Source: Halarcobacter sp. (GTDB lineage Bacteria > Campylobacterota > Campylobacteria > Campylobacterales > Arcobacteraceae). From it: DNA of 64,000 nt. The stretch is from contig CP182352.1 of assembly GCA_048571215.1 (NCBI GenBank), forward strand, positions 416,001 through 480,000. Direction: 5' to 3'. Position 1 is the stretch's first letter; every line of letters starts with the position of its first letter. The translations under genes and the position numbers were made by a program. Positions 52,878 through 63,398 of this stretch are shown here, piece after piece. The notes beneath the pieces were generated by a model, which saw nothing but the letters and a program-made list of their open reading frames with translations, was not told the origin of the DNA and did not search any database.

Positions 52878-54474
52878 TGGTATGCAAAAAAGAATGTTAA
52901 TAATGACTCTTATAGTCTTTGTATTCTTTGTAGCTTACGAATTTTTAGTATTAAAGCCTCAACAAGAGGAAAAGTTAAAACAGCAACAAGCGGCAAAACA
53001 AGAGGAAAAGAATAAAGCTCCTGAAGTTGCAAGTAAAGATATGAATACAGTTGCACCAAGTGCTGTTAAAGATGATGCGGAAAACTCAATTAGTGCACTA
53101 TCTTCAAAAGCAATTGGTTCTGCAAATATTATTACAACAATAACAACCAAAAATAATACAATTGAGATTGACAAACTAGGTAGAGTTGCACAAGTTACTC
53201 TTACTCAAAAAAAATATAAAGATACAGAAGCTCATCAAATAAAACTTTTTGAAGCTAATCAATTACGACCTTTAGAGGTTAGATTTGCAAATGCAGATAT
53301 AAATAATGAGGCTTTTAAAGTAAATTATGTATCAACATCATCAGCTATTGATGCTACAAAACAGATTCAAAAATTTTCATTGACACAAAAACTTTCAAAT
53401 TTAACATTAACAAAAAACTTTACAGTTTATCCTGATGGACACTATGATTTAAATGTTGTAACAACAAATCCAAATGAGCAGTTTTTTATTACAAATGGGT
53501 TTAGACCAAATGTATTAGCTGATATGTATGCTGATCATGGAGTTTATCTAAAATTAAATGATGGTACTATGGATTTAACATCAGATGGAAAGTTAGAAAA
53601 AGTTAAAACTTTTACTGGTATTAAATTTGTATCAAGTTTTGATAGATATTATGCAACAGTAGTTTATAATTTTAAAACATCAATGCAAGTTTCATTGATG
53701 CCAGATAAAAATAACAATCCACAAGCTTTTATTCATGCAAAAGAAAAAATCAATTTTTCTGGATATATGGGACCTAAAAACTTCAATGACTTAAAAGCTT
53801 TAAATCCTCAATTAACTGATGTTATTGAGTATGGTTGGTTTACATTTATTGCAAAACCAATGTTTAATTTCCTACAGTTTATTCAAAGTTATGTTGGAAA
53901 CTGGGGTTGGACAATTGTTATATTAACAATTCTTATTAAACTTATTTTATATCCATTATCATACAAAGGTATGGTATCTATGCAAAAACTTAAAGATTTA
54001 GCTCCAAAAATGAAAGAGATACAAGCTAAATATAAAGATGATAAACAAAAACAATCTATGCATATGATGGAACTTTATAAGAAACATGGGGCAAATCCAA
54101 TGGGTGGATGTTTACCTCTTGTTTTACAGATCCCAGTATTTTTCGCTATCTATAGAGTATTATTAAACTCTATTGAGTTAAAAGGTGCAGAGTGGATTTT
54201 ATGGGTACACGATTTAGCAGAGATGGATCCATATTATGTATTACCAGTGTTAATGGGTGCTTCAATGTTCTTACAACAAAGAATTACGCCAAATACAATG
54301 CAAGATGAGACTCAAAAGAAGATTTTCCAAATGTTACCAGTTATATTTACATTCTTCTTCTTGTGGTTCCCTGCAGGACTTACATTATACTGGTTCGTAA
54401 ATAACGTATTTACTATTGCTCAACAATATACTATTAATAAAATGTTTGAGAAAAAAAGAGCTGCAAAAAAATAG
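52855..54474 (+). CDS. yidC: Membrane protein insertase YidC
   Basis: EYGWF, GNWG, NPMGGCLP..QIPVF and PAGLTLYW. Confidence 0.97.
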   Translation: MNNMNQNNGMQKRMLIMTLIVFVFFVAYEFLVLKPQQEEKLKQQQAAKQEEKNKAPEVASKDMNTVAPSAVKDDAENSISALSSKAIGSANIITTITTKNNTIEIDKLGRVAQVTLTQKKYKDTEAHQIKLFEANQLRPLEVRFANADINNEAFKVNYVSTSSAIDATKQIQKFSLTQKLSNLTLTKNFTVYPDGHYDLNVVTTNPNEQFFITNGFRPNVLADMYADHGVYLKLNDGTMDLTSDGKLEKVKTFTGIKFVSSFDRYYATVVYNFKTSMQVSLMPDKNNNPQAFIHAKEKINFSGYMGPKNFNDLKALNPQLTDVIEYGWFTFIAKPMFNFLQFIQSYVGNWGWTIVILTILIKLILYPLSYKGMVSMQKLKDLAPKMKEIQAKYKDDKQKQSMHMMELYKKHGANPMGGCLPLVLQIPVFFAIYRVLLNSIELKGAEWILWVHDLAEMDPYYVLPVLMGASMFLQQRITPNTMQDETQKKIFQMLPVIFTFFFLWFPAGLTLYWFVNNVFTIAQQYTINKMFEKKRAAKK

Positions 54475-54483
54475 GAGACTATT

Positions 54484-55371
54484 ATGAAAAAGTTTGAAGC
54501 TAAAACTTTAGAAGAAGCATATGAATCAGCAACTAATCACTTTAGTTGCTCGATTACAGAACTAGAAATTGAAATTATTCAGCAGCCAAGTGGTGGATTT
54601 TTAGGTTTTGGTAAAAAAAGTGCAATCATCACAGTAATTCAAAAAAATTATAGAAGAAGAGATGATAGAAGATCTAAAGAGCAAAGATTTAGAAAAAAAG
54701 ATATTAGAATAGAGGATGTTTCTAAAAAAATTGAAGATTCTAATAGAAATGTTCAAAACCATGAACACAAAAAATCTAAACAAAAAAAAGAGGAACAAAA
54801 GTTAAAAAATGTTCCAAAAGTAGAAGCAAAAGAGAAGATTTTTGATAATTTTTATAATGAATCACAACCATATAAAGAGACAAAAATTATTATAAAAAAA
54901 GATAAAGAAGAGGTTTTATCTGAGATAAAAGAGGGGCTTAATTCTTTATTTAATGAGAGTTGTTATGGTATTGAGAATATAAAAGTTGAGTATTATGATG
55001 ATACAACTGTTTATATTGAATTTACAGGTGAAGATTCTGCACTTTTAATAGGTAAAGAGGGTTATAGATACAAAGCACTTTCATATATACTATTTAATTG
55101 GATAAATGAAAGATTTGGACTAATGTTAAGACTTGAAGTAGCAGAGTTCTTGAAAAATCAAGAAGAGGCAATTCATACATATTTAGTTCCAGTTATCGAA
55201 ACCATAAAAGAAAAAGGTAGTTTCAAAACAAAACCTTTAGATGGTATTTTAGTTCATATAGCACTAAAAAAACTAAGAGAAGAGTTCCCCGATAAATATG
55301 TTGCAGTTAAGACAAATATTAAGGGAGACAAATATGTACTTGTAAATGAGTACAGAAGTAAAGAGCAATAA
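54484..55371 (+). CDS. jag: Jag/EloR-family RNA-binding protein
   Basis: Jag_N GFLGFGKK; KH-like LLIGKEG; R3H-like tail; operon position. Confidence 0.85.
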   Translation: MKKFEAKTLEEAYESATNHFSCSITELEIEIIQQPSGGFLGFGKKSAIITVIQKNYRRRDDRRSKEQRFRKKDIRIEDVSKKIEDSNRNVQNHEHKKSKQKKEEQKLKNVPKVEAKEKIFDNFYNESQPYKETKIIIKKDKEEVLSEIKEGLNSLFNESCYGIENIKVEYYDDTTVYIEFTGEDSALLIGKEGYRYKALSYILFNWINERFGLMLRLEVAEFLKNQEEAIHTYLVPVIETIKEKGSFKTKPLDGILVHIALKKLREEFPDKYVAVKTNIKGDKYVLVNEYRSKEQ

Positions 55372-55374
55372 AAA

Positions 55375-56718
55375 TTGTTAGATGAAGATACAATTGTAGC
55401 AATAGCTACAGCAAATGGAATAGGCTCTATTTCAATAATCAGAGTTAGTGGTAAAAACGCTTTACCAATAGCTTTGAAACTTTCTAAAAAAACTGAATTA
55501 AAACCAAGACTTGCCACATTAGCTTCAGTATATAACACTAAAAATGAAGTTATAGATGAAGCCTTACTAATCTATTTTAAAAACCCTTTTTCGTTTACTG
55601 GTGAAGATATAGTTGAGTTTCAATGTCATGGCGGTATTGCCATATCAAATATCATTATGGGTGAAGTTATAAAATGTGGTGCAAGAGTAGCCCAACCAGG
55701 TGAATTCTCAAAAAGAGCTTTTCTAAATGGTAAAATTGACCTTACAAAAGCAGAAGCAATAGCAAAAATAATAGAAGCAAGAAGTGAAGATGCTGTTAAA
55801 TTATTAGCAAAGCAATTAAAAGGTGAATTAACAAATTTTGTAAATGATATTAGAGAAGATTTACTTTTTATGTTAGCTTATACAGAGGTTAATATTGATT
55901 ATGCAGAAGATGACTTACCAGAAGATATTTTTGAGCAAATAGAAAATAAATTAGATAAAATAAAAGTAAAATTAAGTGATACTTTGGAAGCTAGTAAAAG
56001 AAGAGAAGGTCTAATAGAAGGGTTTAAAGTAGCAATAATAGGAAAACCAAATGTTGGAAAATCTTCACTTCTAAATAAACTTTTAAATTTTGATAGAGCA
56101 ATTATTTCTGATATTGCAGGAACAACTAGGGATACTATAGAAGAGTCAGTTAAAATTGGTACCCATATCATCAAAATAGTAGACACAGCAGGTATTAGAG
56201 AATCAAGTGATATCATAGAACAAATTGGAATAGAAAAGTCTATAGAGGCTATCAATGAAGCAGATATAGTGATATCTTTGTTTGATAATAGTAAAACTTG
56301 CGATATAGAAGATGAAAAGATTCTTAGCTTGCTAAAAGAAAATTCAAATAAAGAGATTATAAAAGTTCTAAATAAATCTGATTTGGAAAATCAATTTGAA
56401 ATCTCTAAACTTGAAGAGAATTATATAAACCTAAGTACAAAAGAGAATATAAATCCTTTAATTGAAAAAATTGAGAATTTACTTGACTCTAATACCCATA
56501 GTGATGATATGACACTAATTTCAAAAAGACAAGTGGATAGTGTAGACCAAACACTATTTCATATAAATGAATCAACAATCCCACTTCAAACAGGAGAGTT
56601 AGAGTTTTTTGCCTATCATATAAGTGAAGCCTTAGAAAATATGTCAAATATTACAAGACCATATGAAAATGATGAGATGCTAGATGTGATGTTTGGTGCT
56701 TTTTGTTTAGGTAAATAA
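55375..56718 (+). CDS. mnmE: tRNA modification GTPase MnmE
   Basis: DTIVAIAT, SFTGED, GKPNVGKSS, GTTRD, DTAG, NKSD and FCLGK. Confidence 0.97.
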   Translation: MLDEDTIVAIATANGIGSISIIRVSGKNALPIALKLSKKTELKPRLATLASVYNTKNEVIDEALLIYFKNPFSFTGEDIVEFQCHGGIAISNIIMGEVIKCGARVAQPGEFSKRAFLNGKIDLTKAEAIAKIIEARSEDAVKLLAKQLKGELTNFVNDIREDLLFMLAYTEVNIDYAEDDLPEDIFEQIENKLDKIKVKLSDTLEASKRREGLIEGFKVAIIGKPNVGKSSLLNKLLNFDRAIISDIAGTTRDTIEESVKIGTHIIKIVDTAGIRESSDIIEQIGIEKSIEAINEADIVISLFDNSKTCDIEDEKILSLLKENSNKEIIKVLNKSDLENQFEISKLEENYINLSTKENINPLIEKIENLLDSNTHSDDMTLISKRQVDSVDQTLFHINESTIPLQTGELEFFAYHISEALENMSNITRPYENDEMLDVMFGAFCLGK

Positions 56719-56738
56719 GTATATTATATTGCAAAATA

Positions 56739-57659
56739 TTAGTTTTTCTCAATTACTGTAATTAGTTTTTTTATTATTTCTATAACTTCAATTAGTCCTT
56801 TATAATTAAAATCATCTGGTATATCTCCATTCGTATATTTTTCAGGATTGAAACATTTAAATTCATTTGAAATAAATATGTATAGTGTATTGTTTTTGAT
56901 ACTTAATGATATATTGTTTTTAAGGTTCTTTAAAATATCAGAAACTATATTTTGATTTTGTTCATTTAATGGTTTTGATATAACTACATGGTTCTTATTT
57001 GTTAGTTTATTTGTTTCAAGTTCTTGTTTATATGAAGTAGATATTTCTTTAAATGAAGGGAATATACCTTTTTCAAAGATGTAAAGTTCTTTAATATTTG
57101 TTTGTACAGAATCTACAACAATAAATAGTCCATATTTATTAATAAAAGAGAAACTAGGATTATTTATATTATCTTGGTTTAAATAGGTAGAGGCAATTTT
57201 TGTTTTTTTATCTAAAATTAAAACAGTAAAAGACCATTTTGTTAAGAGTGAAGAGGATGCAATTGGTATATAAGAAATAGAGATATTAAATAAGTTAAAA
57301 AAATTTGAGTTTTTTGCATCTGTATTTAGTTCATTATATTGATAGAAAAAAAAATTAGCACTTTCATCGATGCATTTTAAAATTTTGGGAAAAATTTTTG
57401 TTGTTAAAATATCTTGGTATTCATATCTAAAGGCATATTTACCCACATAAAATATCATTGCAGATATAAATACAGTCATATAAAAAAAGATTATATGTAA
57501 ACCAATATATTCAGTTAATAAAAATATACCAACACTTAATGCAATAAGCGATATAGCTAATATTATAAGTTTTCTTTCTGCAGAATCTATTTTAGATTTT
57601 ATTTGAATAATATGAGGTTGAGCTATTTGAAGATATTTTTCTTTAAATTCATTATACAT
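56739..57659 (-). CDS. Hypothetical membrane protein with two N-terminal TMs
   Basis: 306-aa AT-rich ORF with agga RBS. Confidence 0.7.
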   Translation of the reverse strand: MYNEFKEKYLQIAQPHIIQIKSKIDSAERKLIILAISLIALSVGIFLLTEYIGLHIIFFYMTVFISAMIFYVGKYAFRYEYQDILTTKIFPKILKCIDESANFFFYQYNELNTDAKNSNFFNLFNISISYIPIASSSLLTKWSFTVLILDKKTKIASTYLNQDNINNPSFSFINKYGLFIVVDSVQTNIKELYIFEKGIFPSFKEISTSYKQELETNKLTNKNHVVISKPLNEQNQNIVSDILKNLKNNISLSIKNNTLYIFISNEFKCFNPEKYTNGDIPDDFNYKGLIEVIEIIKKLITVIEKN

Positions 57660-57741
57660 AATGATTGACTAATTCCTAAAAGTTTATTTATATTATTGTA
57701 TAAATCCTTTATATATAATAAATAATATAATAAAATTTAGA

Positions 57742-58117
57742 TTAAACTGCAAAATCAGAACTAGTAATTAAGCCTGCTTCTCCATTCTCTTTTAGATAAA
57801 AGCTTGATTGTTTTAACAAGGCATATTCTTGATTTACACCTTTAGAATACACAAAGTTTGAATCTGCTGCTGCAAGGTAGATAGCTCCAACTCCTGCTTG
57901 TCCTAGAGCTATTAGAGAGCCTTCTTTGTTTTCATTTTTGTCCTAGATTGGTAAACTGTTAAAAATAGAATCATTTTCATCTATCCAAGAATTTCTATCT
58001 TTATCATATGCTCTTAACTCTTCAAATCCATCGCCAGTATTTGCTTTAAATAGTTCATTCCCATTGTCTATAGTTTAATTATTATCTTTATCTAAAGCTA
58101 AAAATTCTGCTCCTTCT
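57742..58117 (-). pseudogene. Decayed 3' fragment paralogous to 62312-63307
   Basis: Long near-identical runs with 62320-62690; TGG>TAG at 57945-43 and GGA>TAA at 58077-75; 5' part missing. Confidence 0.9.
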
Positions 58118-58296
58118 TAGTTGGAAATTCCGAGGACAGTTTCAATGGTGTTAAGTTAAGCCAAAAGTTTCCTAAATAAGATATTTAAAATACCTAAAAA
58201 ACACTTTTTTCCTTCCTTTTTTGTTTTAATACCTTTTGTATTTTTCCCTTCTTTATTGGAGGGTCTTTTAAACTTTCTATTAGGTCTTATTTGTAA

Positions 58297-58330
58297 ATTT
58301 CAAGTCTTTTTAAGGTGGCGACTCTCCCCG
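58297..58330 (+). repeat. 34-bp inverted repeat, left copy (IS110 donor-end-like)
   Basis: atttcaagtctttttaaggtggcgactctccccg, 31/34 identical to the reverse complement of 62257-62290. Confidence 0.85.
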
Positions 58331-58359
58331 TAATATCCTACCTTTGGGTGGGAGGAATT

Positions 58360-58719
58360 TTATTTAATAAACTTCTTTTGTACCTCTTCTAAACTAAGTT
58401 CCATATTCTCTTCATTTAAAAATCCATAATAATAAGTATCATTTTTATCACTTATTTCGATTATCAAAATATTTTCATTAGAATGATTTTCTACAAATTT
58501 TTCTACTGCTTCTAGTGCTGAATTTTTCCAGTATCTTTCTATTTCTGCATTATTCCCTGCATCAAAAAATAAGCAATCTTCGCACATTGAAAATAAGTAA
58601 TTTCCTGCACCTTCGTATATCTCAAAAGAGTTATTATCATTATCAAGTTTTTCATTTGTAAAAGGGCAATATAAATTAAACTTCTTATTTTCATTTGATT
58701 TTAGGGTGATTTTATTCAT
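58360..58719 (-). CDS. Hypothetical acidic protein (119 aa)
   Basis: gagga RBS; YCPF and CEDC cysteines; no family recognised. Confidence 0.75.
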   Translation of the reverse strand: MNKITLKSNENKKFNLYCPFTNEKLDNDNNSFEIYEGAGNYLFSMCEDCLFFDAGNNAEIERYWKNSALEAVEKFVENHSNENILIIEISDKNDTYYYGFLNEENMELSLEEVQKKFIK

Positions 58720-58974
58720 CGTATATCCTCTATTTTGATTTTTGAATTATACTATTTGATTCTTTTATTTATATCAAATGGAGTTGTTTATTAATTATAC
58801 AAGTTATAAGAACAAAAAATAAAAGAAATTTTGAAATTTTCTGTATATTCCTTACCATGGGTATTAGGTATACAAAAAAAATTATTTAAAGAAACCCTCT
58901 AATTATAGCTTAAATATATTTTTGTTATTTTATTGGGTTGGGTGATATTATTTCATAGGAGGAGAGTTATTAAT

Positions 58975-60174
58975 TTGGATAAAAAGAAAAAACTCACGAT
59001 AAAAAATGTGTATAAGGTTTTTGGAGATAAACCTAAGAAGGCTTTAAAAATGCTTGAAAGTGGTTTATCAAAAGAAGAGATTTTTGAAAAAACAAATATG
59101 ACTATTGGTGTTCAAGATGCAAGTTTTGAAATCAACGAAGGTGAAATATTTGTAATTATGGGACTCTCAGGTTCAGGGAAATCAACACTAGTAAGACTGT
59201 TAAATAGACTAATAGAGCCAACTTCAGGTCAGATATTTGTTGATGAAACTGATATAACAAATTTGAATGACAAAGAATTGATTGATATAAGACGAAATAA
59301 AATTTCAATGGTATTTCAATCTTTTGCACTAATGCCACATATGAACATTATAGATAATACTTCATTTGGGCTAGAACTAAGTGGAATTAGTAAAGAAGAT
59401 AGATATAAAAAAGCACAAGCTGCACTAGATCAAGTTGGATTATCACATCATGCTTTATCTTATCCAGATGAATTAAGTGGTGGTATGCAACAAAGAGTAG
59501 GATTGGCAAGAGCTTTAGCAAATGATCCAGATATTATGCTTATGAATGAAGCTTTTTCAGCCCTGGATCCTCTTATAAGAACTGAAATGCAAGATGAACT
59601 TTTGACTCTACAAAGTGAACATCAAAGAACTATTGTATTTATTTCTCATGATTTAGATGAAGCTATTAGAATTGGTGATAGAATTGCAATTATGCAAAAT
59701 GGTGAGATATCTCAAGTGGGAACTCCTGAAGAGATTATCAATAACCCTGCAAACGATTATGTAAAATCATTTTTTAAAGGCGTTGATGTGACAACAGTTT
59801 TAACTGCATCACATATTGCTAAAAAAAATTATCCTACAATTATAAAAAAAGATGGTTTTGGAATTAATTCGGCAATTCAATATATCAATGATTATGATTT
59901 TGATTTTGCATATTATCTTACAAAAGATAATAAGTATTTAGGAGTACTTACCCTTGAAGCTTTAAAAGAACAGAAAAAAATAAATGGAAATCTAGAAGAC
60001 TCTTTAATAGAACAAGAGGTTGTAAATGAAAATGATTCTATTGCTGATTTTATAAATATTATCGCAGAATCATTTTTCCCTATTGCAGTTGTAGCTGATA
60101 ATGGGAAATATAAAGGGGTTATTTCAAAACGAACTCTATTAAAAACAATTGATGAAGGAGCTATAAATGGCTAG
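58975..60174 (+). CDS. proV: Glycine betaine/proline ABC transporter ATPase with CBS domains (Walker B D>N)
   Basis: [32 protein letters not shown] and SHDLDEA; TTG start after aggagg. Confidence 0.93.
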   Translation: MDKKKKLTIKNVYKVFGDKPKKALKMLESGLSKEEIFEKTNMTIGVQDASFEINEGEIFVIMGLSGSGKSTLVRLLNRLIEPTSGQIFVDETDITNLNDKELIDIRRNKISMVFQSFALMPHMNIIDNTSFGLELSGISKEDRYKKAQAALDQVGLSHHALSYPDELSGGMQQRVGLARALANDPDIMLMNEAFSALDPLIRTEMQDELLTLQSEHQRTIVFISHDLDEAIRIGDRIAIMQNGEISQVGTPEEIINNPANDYVKSFFKGVDVTTVLTASHIAKKNYPTIIKKDGFGINSAIQYINDYDFDFAYYLTKDNKYLGVLTLEALKEQKKINGNLEDSLIEQEVVNENDSIADFINIIAESFFPIAVVADNGKYKGVISKRTLLKTIDEGAING

Positions 60175-61243
60175 TGATCCATGGGGAAATGCTTCAACGG
60201 CACAAGCAGATAAATCATCAAGTGTTGATTGGTCACATGTTGATCCTGATACAACTTCAGTACCATCTTTTGATATAAAGAATCCTTTTGATCATAGTAT
60301 TATTCCTTTTGATTCTTGGGTAAATAGTGGAATTAATTGGATAGTAGAAAACTTTAGGGATTTCTTTATATCTGCAAAAGCACCCGTTGATGTGATTTTA
60401 AGATTTATTGAAACTTTTTTACAATCCCTTTCACCTTATGTGGTAATTGGATTTTTTGTTTTACTTGCTTTACAAGTATCTAGTAAGAAGATGGCTTTTG
60501 GAACCTTTGTTTCACTTGCTTTACAAGTATCTAGTAAGAAGATGGCTTTTGGAACCTTTGTTTCACTTGTATTTATTGGATTTATTGGTGCTTGGGATGC
60601 TAGTATGACCACTTTAGCATTGGTTATTACTTCTGTGCTCTTTTCCGTTTTAATTGGTTTACCACTTGGAATTTGGAGTGCAAAAAGTGATATGGTAGAA
60701 AAAATATTAAGACCTATTTTAGATGGTATGCAGACAACACCTGCCTTTGTATATTTAATACCTATTGTTATGTTATTTGGAATAGGAAATGTTCCAGGTG
60801 TAATAGTAACTATTATTTTTGCTTTACCTCCATTAATAAGACTTACAAATTTAGGTATTAGACAAGTACCTGCTGACTTGATTGAAGCATCTAGATCATT
60901 TGGGGCAAGTTCATCTCAAATGCTTTTTAAAGTACAACTTCCAGTTGCTATGCCTACAATTATGGCAGGGATAAATCAAACATTAATGCTTTCATTATCT
61001 ATGGTTGTAATCGCTTCAATGATTGCAGTTGGAGGATTAGGTCAAATGGTTCTACGAGGTATTGGAAGACTTGATATTGGTCTTGCAGCTGTTGGTGGTA
61101 TAGGAATTGTTATCCTAGCAGTAATACTAGATAGAATAACTCAAGAAATGGGTAAAAAAGATAAAAAGAAAAAAAATAAATGGTATGAACAAGGACCAGT
61201 TGGTTTAGTTTATAATTTAATAAAAAAGGAGAAAAAAATATGA
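60167..61243 (+). CDS. proW: Glycine betaine/proline ABC permease (internal 17-aa duplication)
   Basis: [24 protein letters not shown] and [19 protein letters not shown]. Confidence 0.94.
   Translation: MASDPWGNASTAQADKSSSVDWSHVDPDTTSVPSFDIKNPFDHSIIPFDSWVNSGINWIVENFRDFFISAKAPVDVILRFIETFLQSLSPYVVIGFFVLLALQVSSKKMAFGTFVSLALQVSSKKMAFGTFVSLVFIGFIGAWDASMTTLALVITSVLFSVLIGLPLGIWSAKSDMVEKILRPILDGMQTTPAFVYLIPIVMLFGIGNVPGVIVTIIFALPPLIRLTNLGIRQVPADLIEASRSFGASSSQMLFKVQLPVAMPTIMAGINQTLMLSLSMVVIASMIAVGGLGQMVLRGIGRLDIGLAAVGGIGIVILAVILDRITQEMGKKDKKKKNKWYEQGPVGLVYNLIKKEKKI
60463..60564 (+). repeat. Exact 51-bp tandem duplication inside proW
   Basis: acttgctttacaagtatctagtaagaagatggcttttggaacctttgtttc occurs twice (60463-60513, 60514-60564). 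Confidence 0.97.
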
Positions 61244-62208
61244 AAAAAATATTGATTGCTTTGATTGCTATTTTTTTAACATCAAATTTATTTGGTGCTA
61301 AGGTTACATTTTTAAGAACAAGTATCGCAGAAGAAGGTTTTCAAATGTATATCGCTGCTGATATAGTGAAAAAATTGGGTTATGATGTTGAAATAACAAA
61401 TGATGTTAGTTATGAAGTTGCTTATCAAACAATAGCACAAAATGCAAAAAGCAAAGATGCTTATATTATGGCAGCGGCATGGATTCCTCTTCATAATTCA
61501 AAAATCAAAGGTGCTGGGGGAAGTAAAAAGATTGCAATCATAGGTTCATATATAAAAAATTGTGCACAAGGTTATCTAATAGATAAAAAAACAGCAGATA
61601 AATATAATATAAAATATATCAATGATTTAAAAGATCCAAAAATCGCTAAACTATTTGATTCAAATGGTGATGGGAAAGCTGACTTAACAGGTTGTTCTGC
61701 TGGTTGGGGTTGTGAAAAAGTAATTGAGTATCAATTAGACGCTTTTGGATTAAGAGATAGAATTACACATAATCAAGGAGAATATGCATCAATTATATCT
61801 GATACAATTGCAAGATATAAAAGTGGAAAACCAATTTTATATTATACTTGGACTCCATATTGGGTAAGTGGAAAATTAGTTCCTGGTAAAGATACTGTAT
61901 TTTTACAAGTGACTCATTCAGCTCATCCTGTAACAAAATCTACAAAGCTTCCAAATGGTGCTGATTATGGATTTAATGTAAATACTCAAAAATTTGCAGC
62001 AAATGCCTCTTTAGCTAAAAACTATAAAGATATTGCAAAATTATTAGAAATAATGAGATTAGATGTAAATGACATAAGTGGTGAAAATATGATTATGGAA
62101 CAAGGTCAAAATAAAGAAGCAGATATAAAAAGACATGCTCAAATGTGGCTTAAAAGTAATGCAGATAAAGTAAATAAATGGATTGCTGAAGCAAAAGAAG
62201 CTAAATAA
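61240..62208 (+). CDS. proX: Glycine betaine/proline ABC substrate-binding protein
   Basis: [24 protein letters not shown] and YTWTPYW. Confidence 0.94.
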   Translation: MKKILIALIAIFLTSNLFGAKVTFLRTSIAEEGFQMYIAADIVKKLGYDVEITNDVSYEVAYQTIAQNAKSKDAYIMAAAWIPLHNSKIKGAGGSKKIAIIGSYIKNCAQGYLIDKKTADKYNIKYINDLKDPKIAKLFDSNGDGKADLTGCSAGWGCEKVIEYQLDAFGLRDRITHNQGEYASIISDTIARYKSGKPILYYTWTPYWVSGKLVPGKDTVFLQVTHSAHPVTKSTKLPNGADYGFNVNTQKFAANASLAKNYKDIAKLLEIMRLDVNDISGENMIMEQGQNKEADIKRHAQMWLKSNADKVNKWIAEAKEAK

Positions 62209-62219
62209 AAACAATTAAT

Positions 62220-62250
62220 TAATTCCTACAAATTATATTTGTAGGAATTA
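62220..62250. terminator. Terminator after proX
   Basis: taattcctacaaat-tat-atttgtaggaatta. Confidence 0.8.
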
Positions 62251-62256
62251 AAAATT

Positions 62257-62290
62257 CGGGGAGAGTTGCCACCTTAAAAAAACTTCAAAT
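62257..62290 (-). repeat. 34-bp inverted repeat, right copy (IS110 donor-end-like)
   Basis: cggggagagttgccaccttaaaaaaacttcaaat; 62263-62279 is identical to the IS junction 8825-8841. Confidence 0.85.
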
Positions 62291-62311
62291 GTATAGTAGA
62301 AAAAAACTTTT

Positions 62312-63307
62312 CTACACCACAAAATCAGAACTAGTAACTAATCCTGCTTCCCCATTCTCTTTTAGATAAAAGCTTGATTGTTTTAACAAGGCATACTCTT
62401 GATTTACACCTTTAGAATACACAAAGTTTGAATCAGCAGCTGCAAGGTAGATAGCTCCAACTCCTGCTTGTCCTAGAGCTATTAGAGAGCCCTCTTTGTT
62501 TTCATTTTTTTCCCAGATTAATAAGCTGTTAAAAATAGAATCATTTTCATCAATCCATGAATTTCCATCTTCATCATATACTTTTAACTCTTCAAATCCA
62601 TCGCCAGTATTTGCTCCAAAGAGTTCATTTCCATTATCTATAGTTCCATTATTGTCTTTATCAATAGCAAGAAATCCTGACCCCTCTTTTAATTGTGGAA
62701 TTAGTTCATTCTCTCCATCACTGTTTAAATCAAATTCAAAACTTAATTTGTTACTTATATTATCAAATGAACTAAGATTAGAATTATAGTTTATAATTAG
62801 TGGATCCAAATAGTTTACTTTTTTTGAAACAAAGGTTTCTTCAAAGCTTTCTGCAAACTTTTGAGAAAAAGAGATATCTAGGTCTATATTTATCTGACCT
62901 TTATTTGTTTTAACAAAGGCTTGGGTTTTGAAGTTTATATTACTTTCTTGATTGTACTGTTTTTTGTACGTAAAAGTTCTTTCTTCTATTTGTAGTTGTC
63001 TTATATTGTTTGATGAAGTTTCATTTTTTGGTTCTAGTTTAAAATCTTTATCTTTTGTAAAATTACTAATAAGTATCTCTAGGATTTTTTTATTTATTCT
63101 ATCTTGATGACTTAGTTCTTTTTCACTAGATAGCAATATTTTTTCAAGTTTTGTAGTTTCTATTTTTACCATATTTTGTCTATGGATTTCATTTTTTATA
63201 TCTTTTTTTGATTCAATTAAAACTGATTTAAAGCTATTAGTGCTTTCTTGTTCTATATTAAAACTAGTTTTTGCATTTATATTTATATTGGCTGTTTCAA
63301 TTTTCAT
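62312..63307 (-). CDS. Hypothetical protein with a C-terminal Dx[DN]xDG (EF-hand/VCBS-like) domain
   Basis: DPLIIN, FDLNSDG, LAIDKDNNGTIDNGNELFG and YDEDGNSWIDEND. Confidence 0.85.
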   Translation of the reverse strand: MKIETANININAKTSFNIEQESTNSFKSVLIESKKDIKNEIHRQNMVKIETTKLEKILLSSEKELSHQDRINKKILEILISNFTKDKDFKLEPKNETSSNNIRQLQIEERTFTYKKQYNQESNINFKTQAFVKTNKGQINIDLDISFSQKFAESFEETFVSKKVNYLDPLIINYNSNLSSFDNISNKLSFEFDLNSDGENELIPQLKEGSGFLAIDKDNNGTIDNGNELFGANTGDGFEELKVYDEDGNSWIDENDSIFNSLLIWEKNENKEGSLIALGQAGVGAIYLAAADSNFVYSKGVNQEYALLKQSSFYLKENGEAGLVTSSDFVV

Positions 63308-63398
63308 ATTAAATCCTTAATAGTAATTGCTATTAAGGATTTTATTATAATATAATTAAATAAACTTTTAAATTACCTACTTAGAAAATATACTAAGA

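Noticed and set aside
58121..58165. tggaaattccgaggacagttt.. as an IS end or a piece of the 8731 palindrome
   Set aside because: Only about 11/13 bases match, there is no partner end or transposase, and the orientation does not fit the nearby donor-like site
60463..60564. Tandem repeat as a CRISPR-like array
   Set aside because: Two adjacent copies with no spacer, inside a coding frame, and no cas genes in the window
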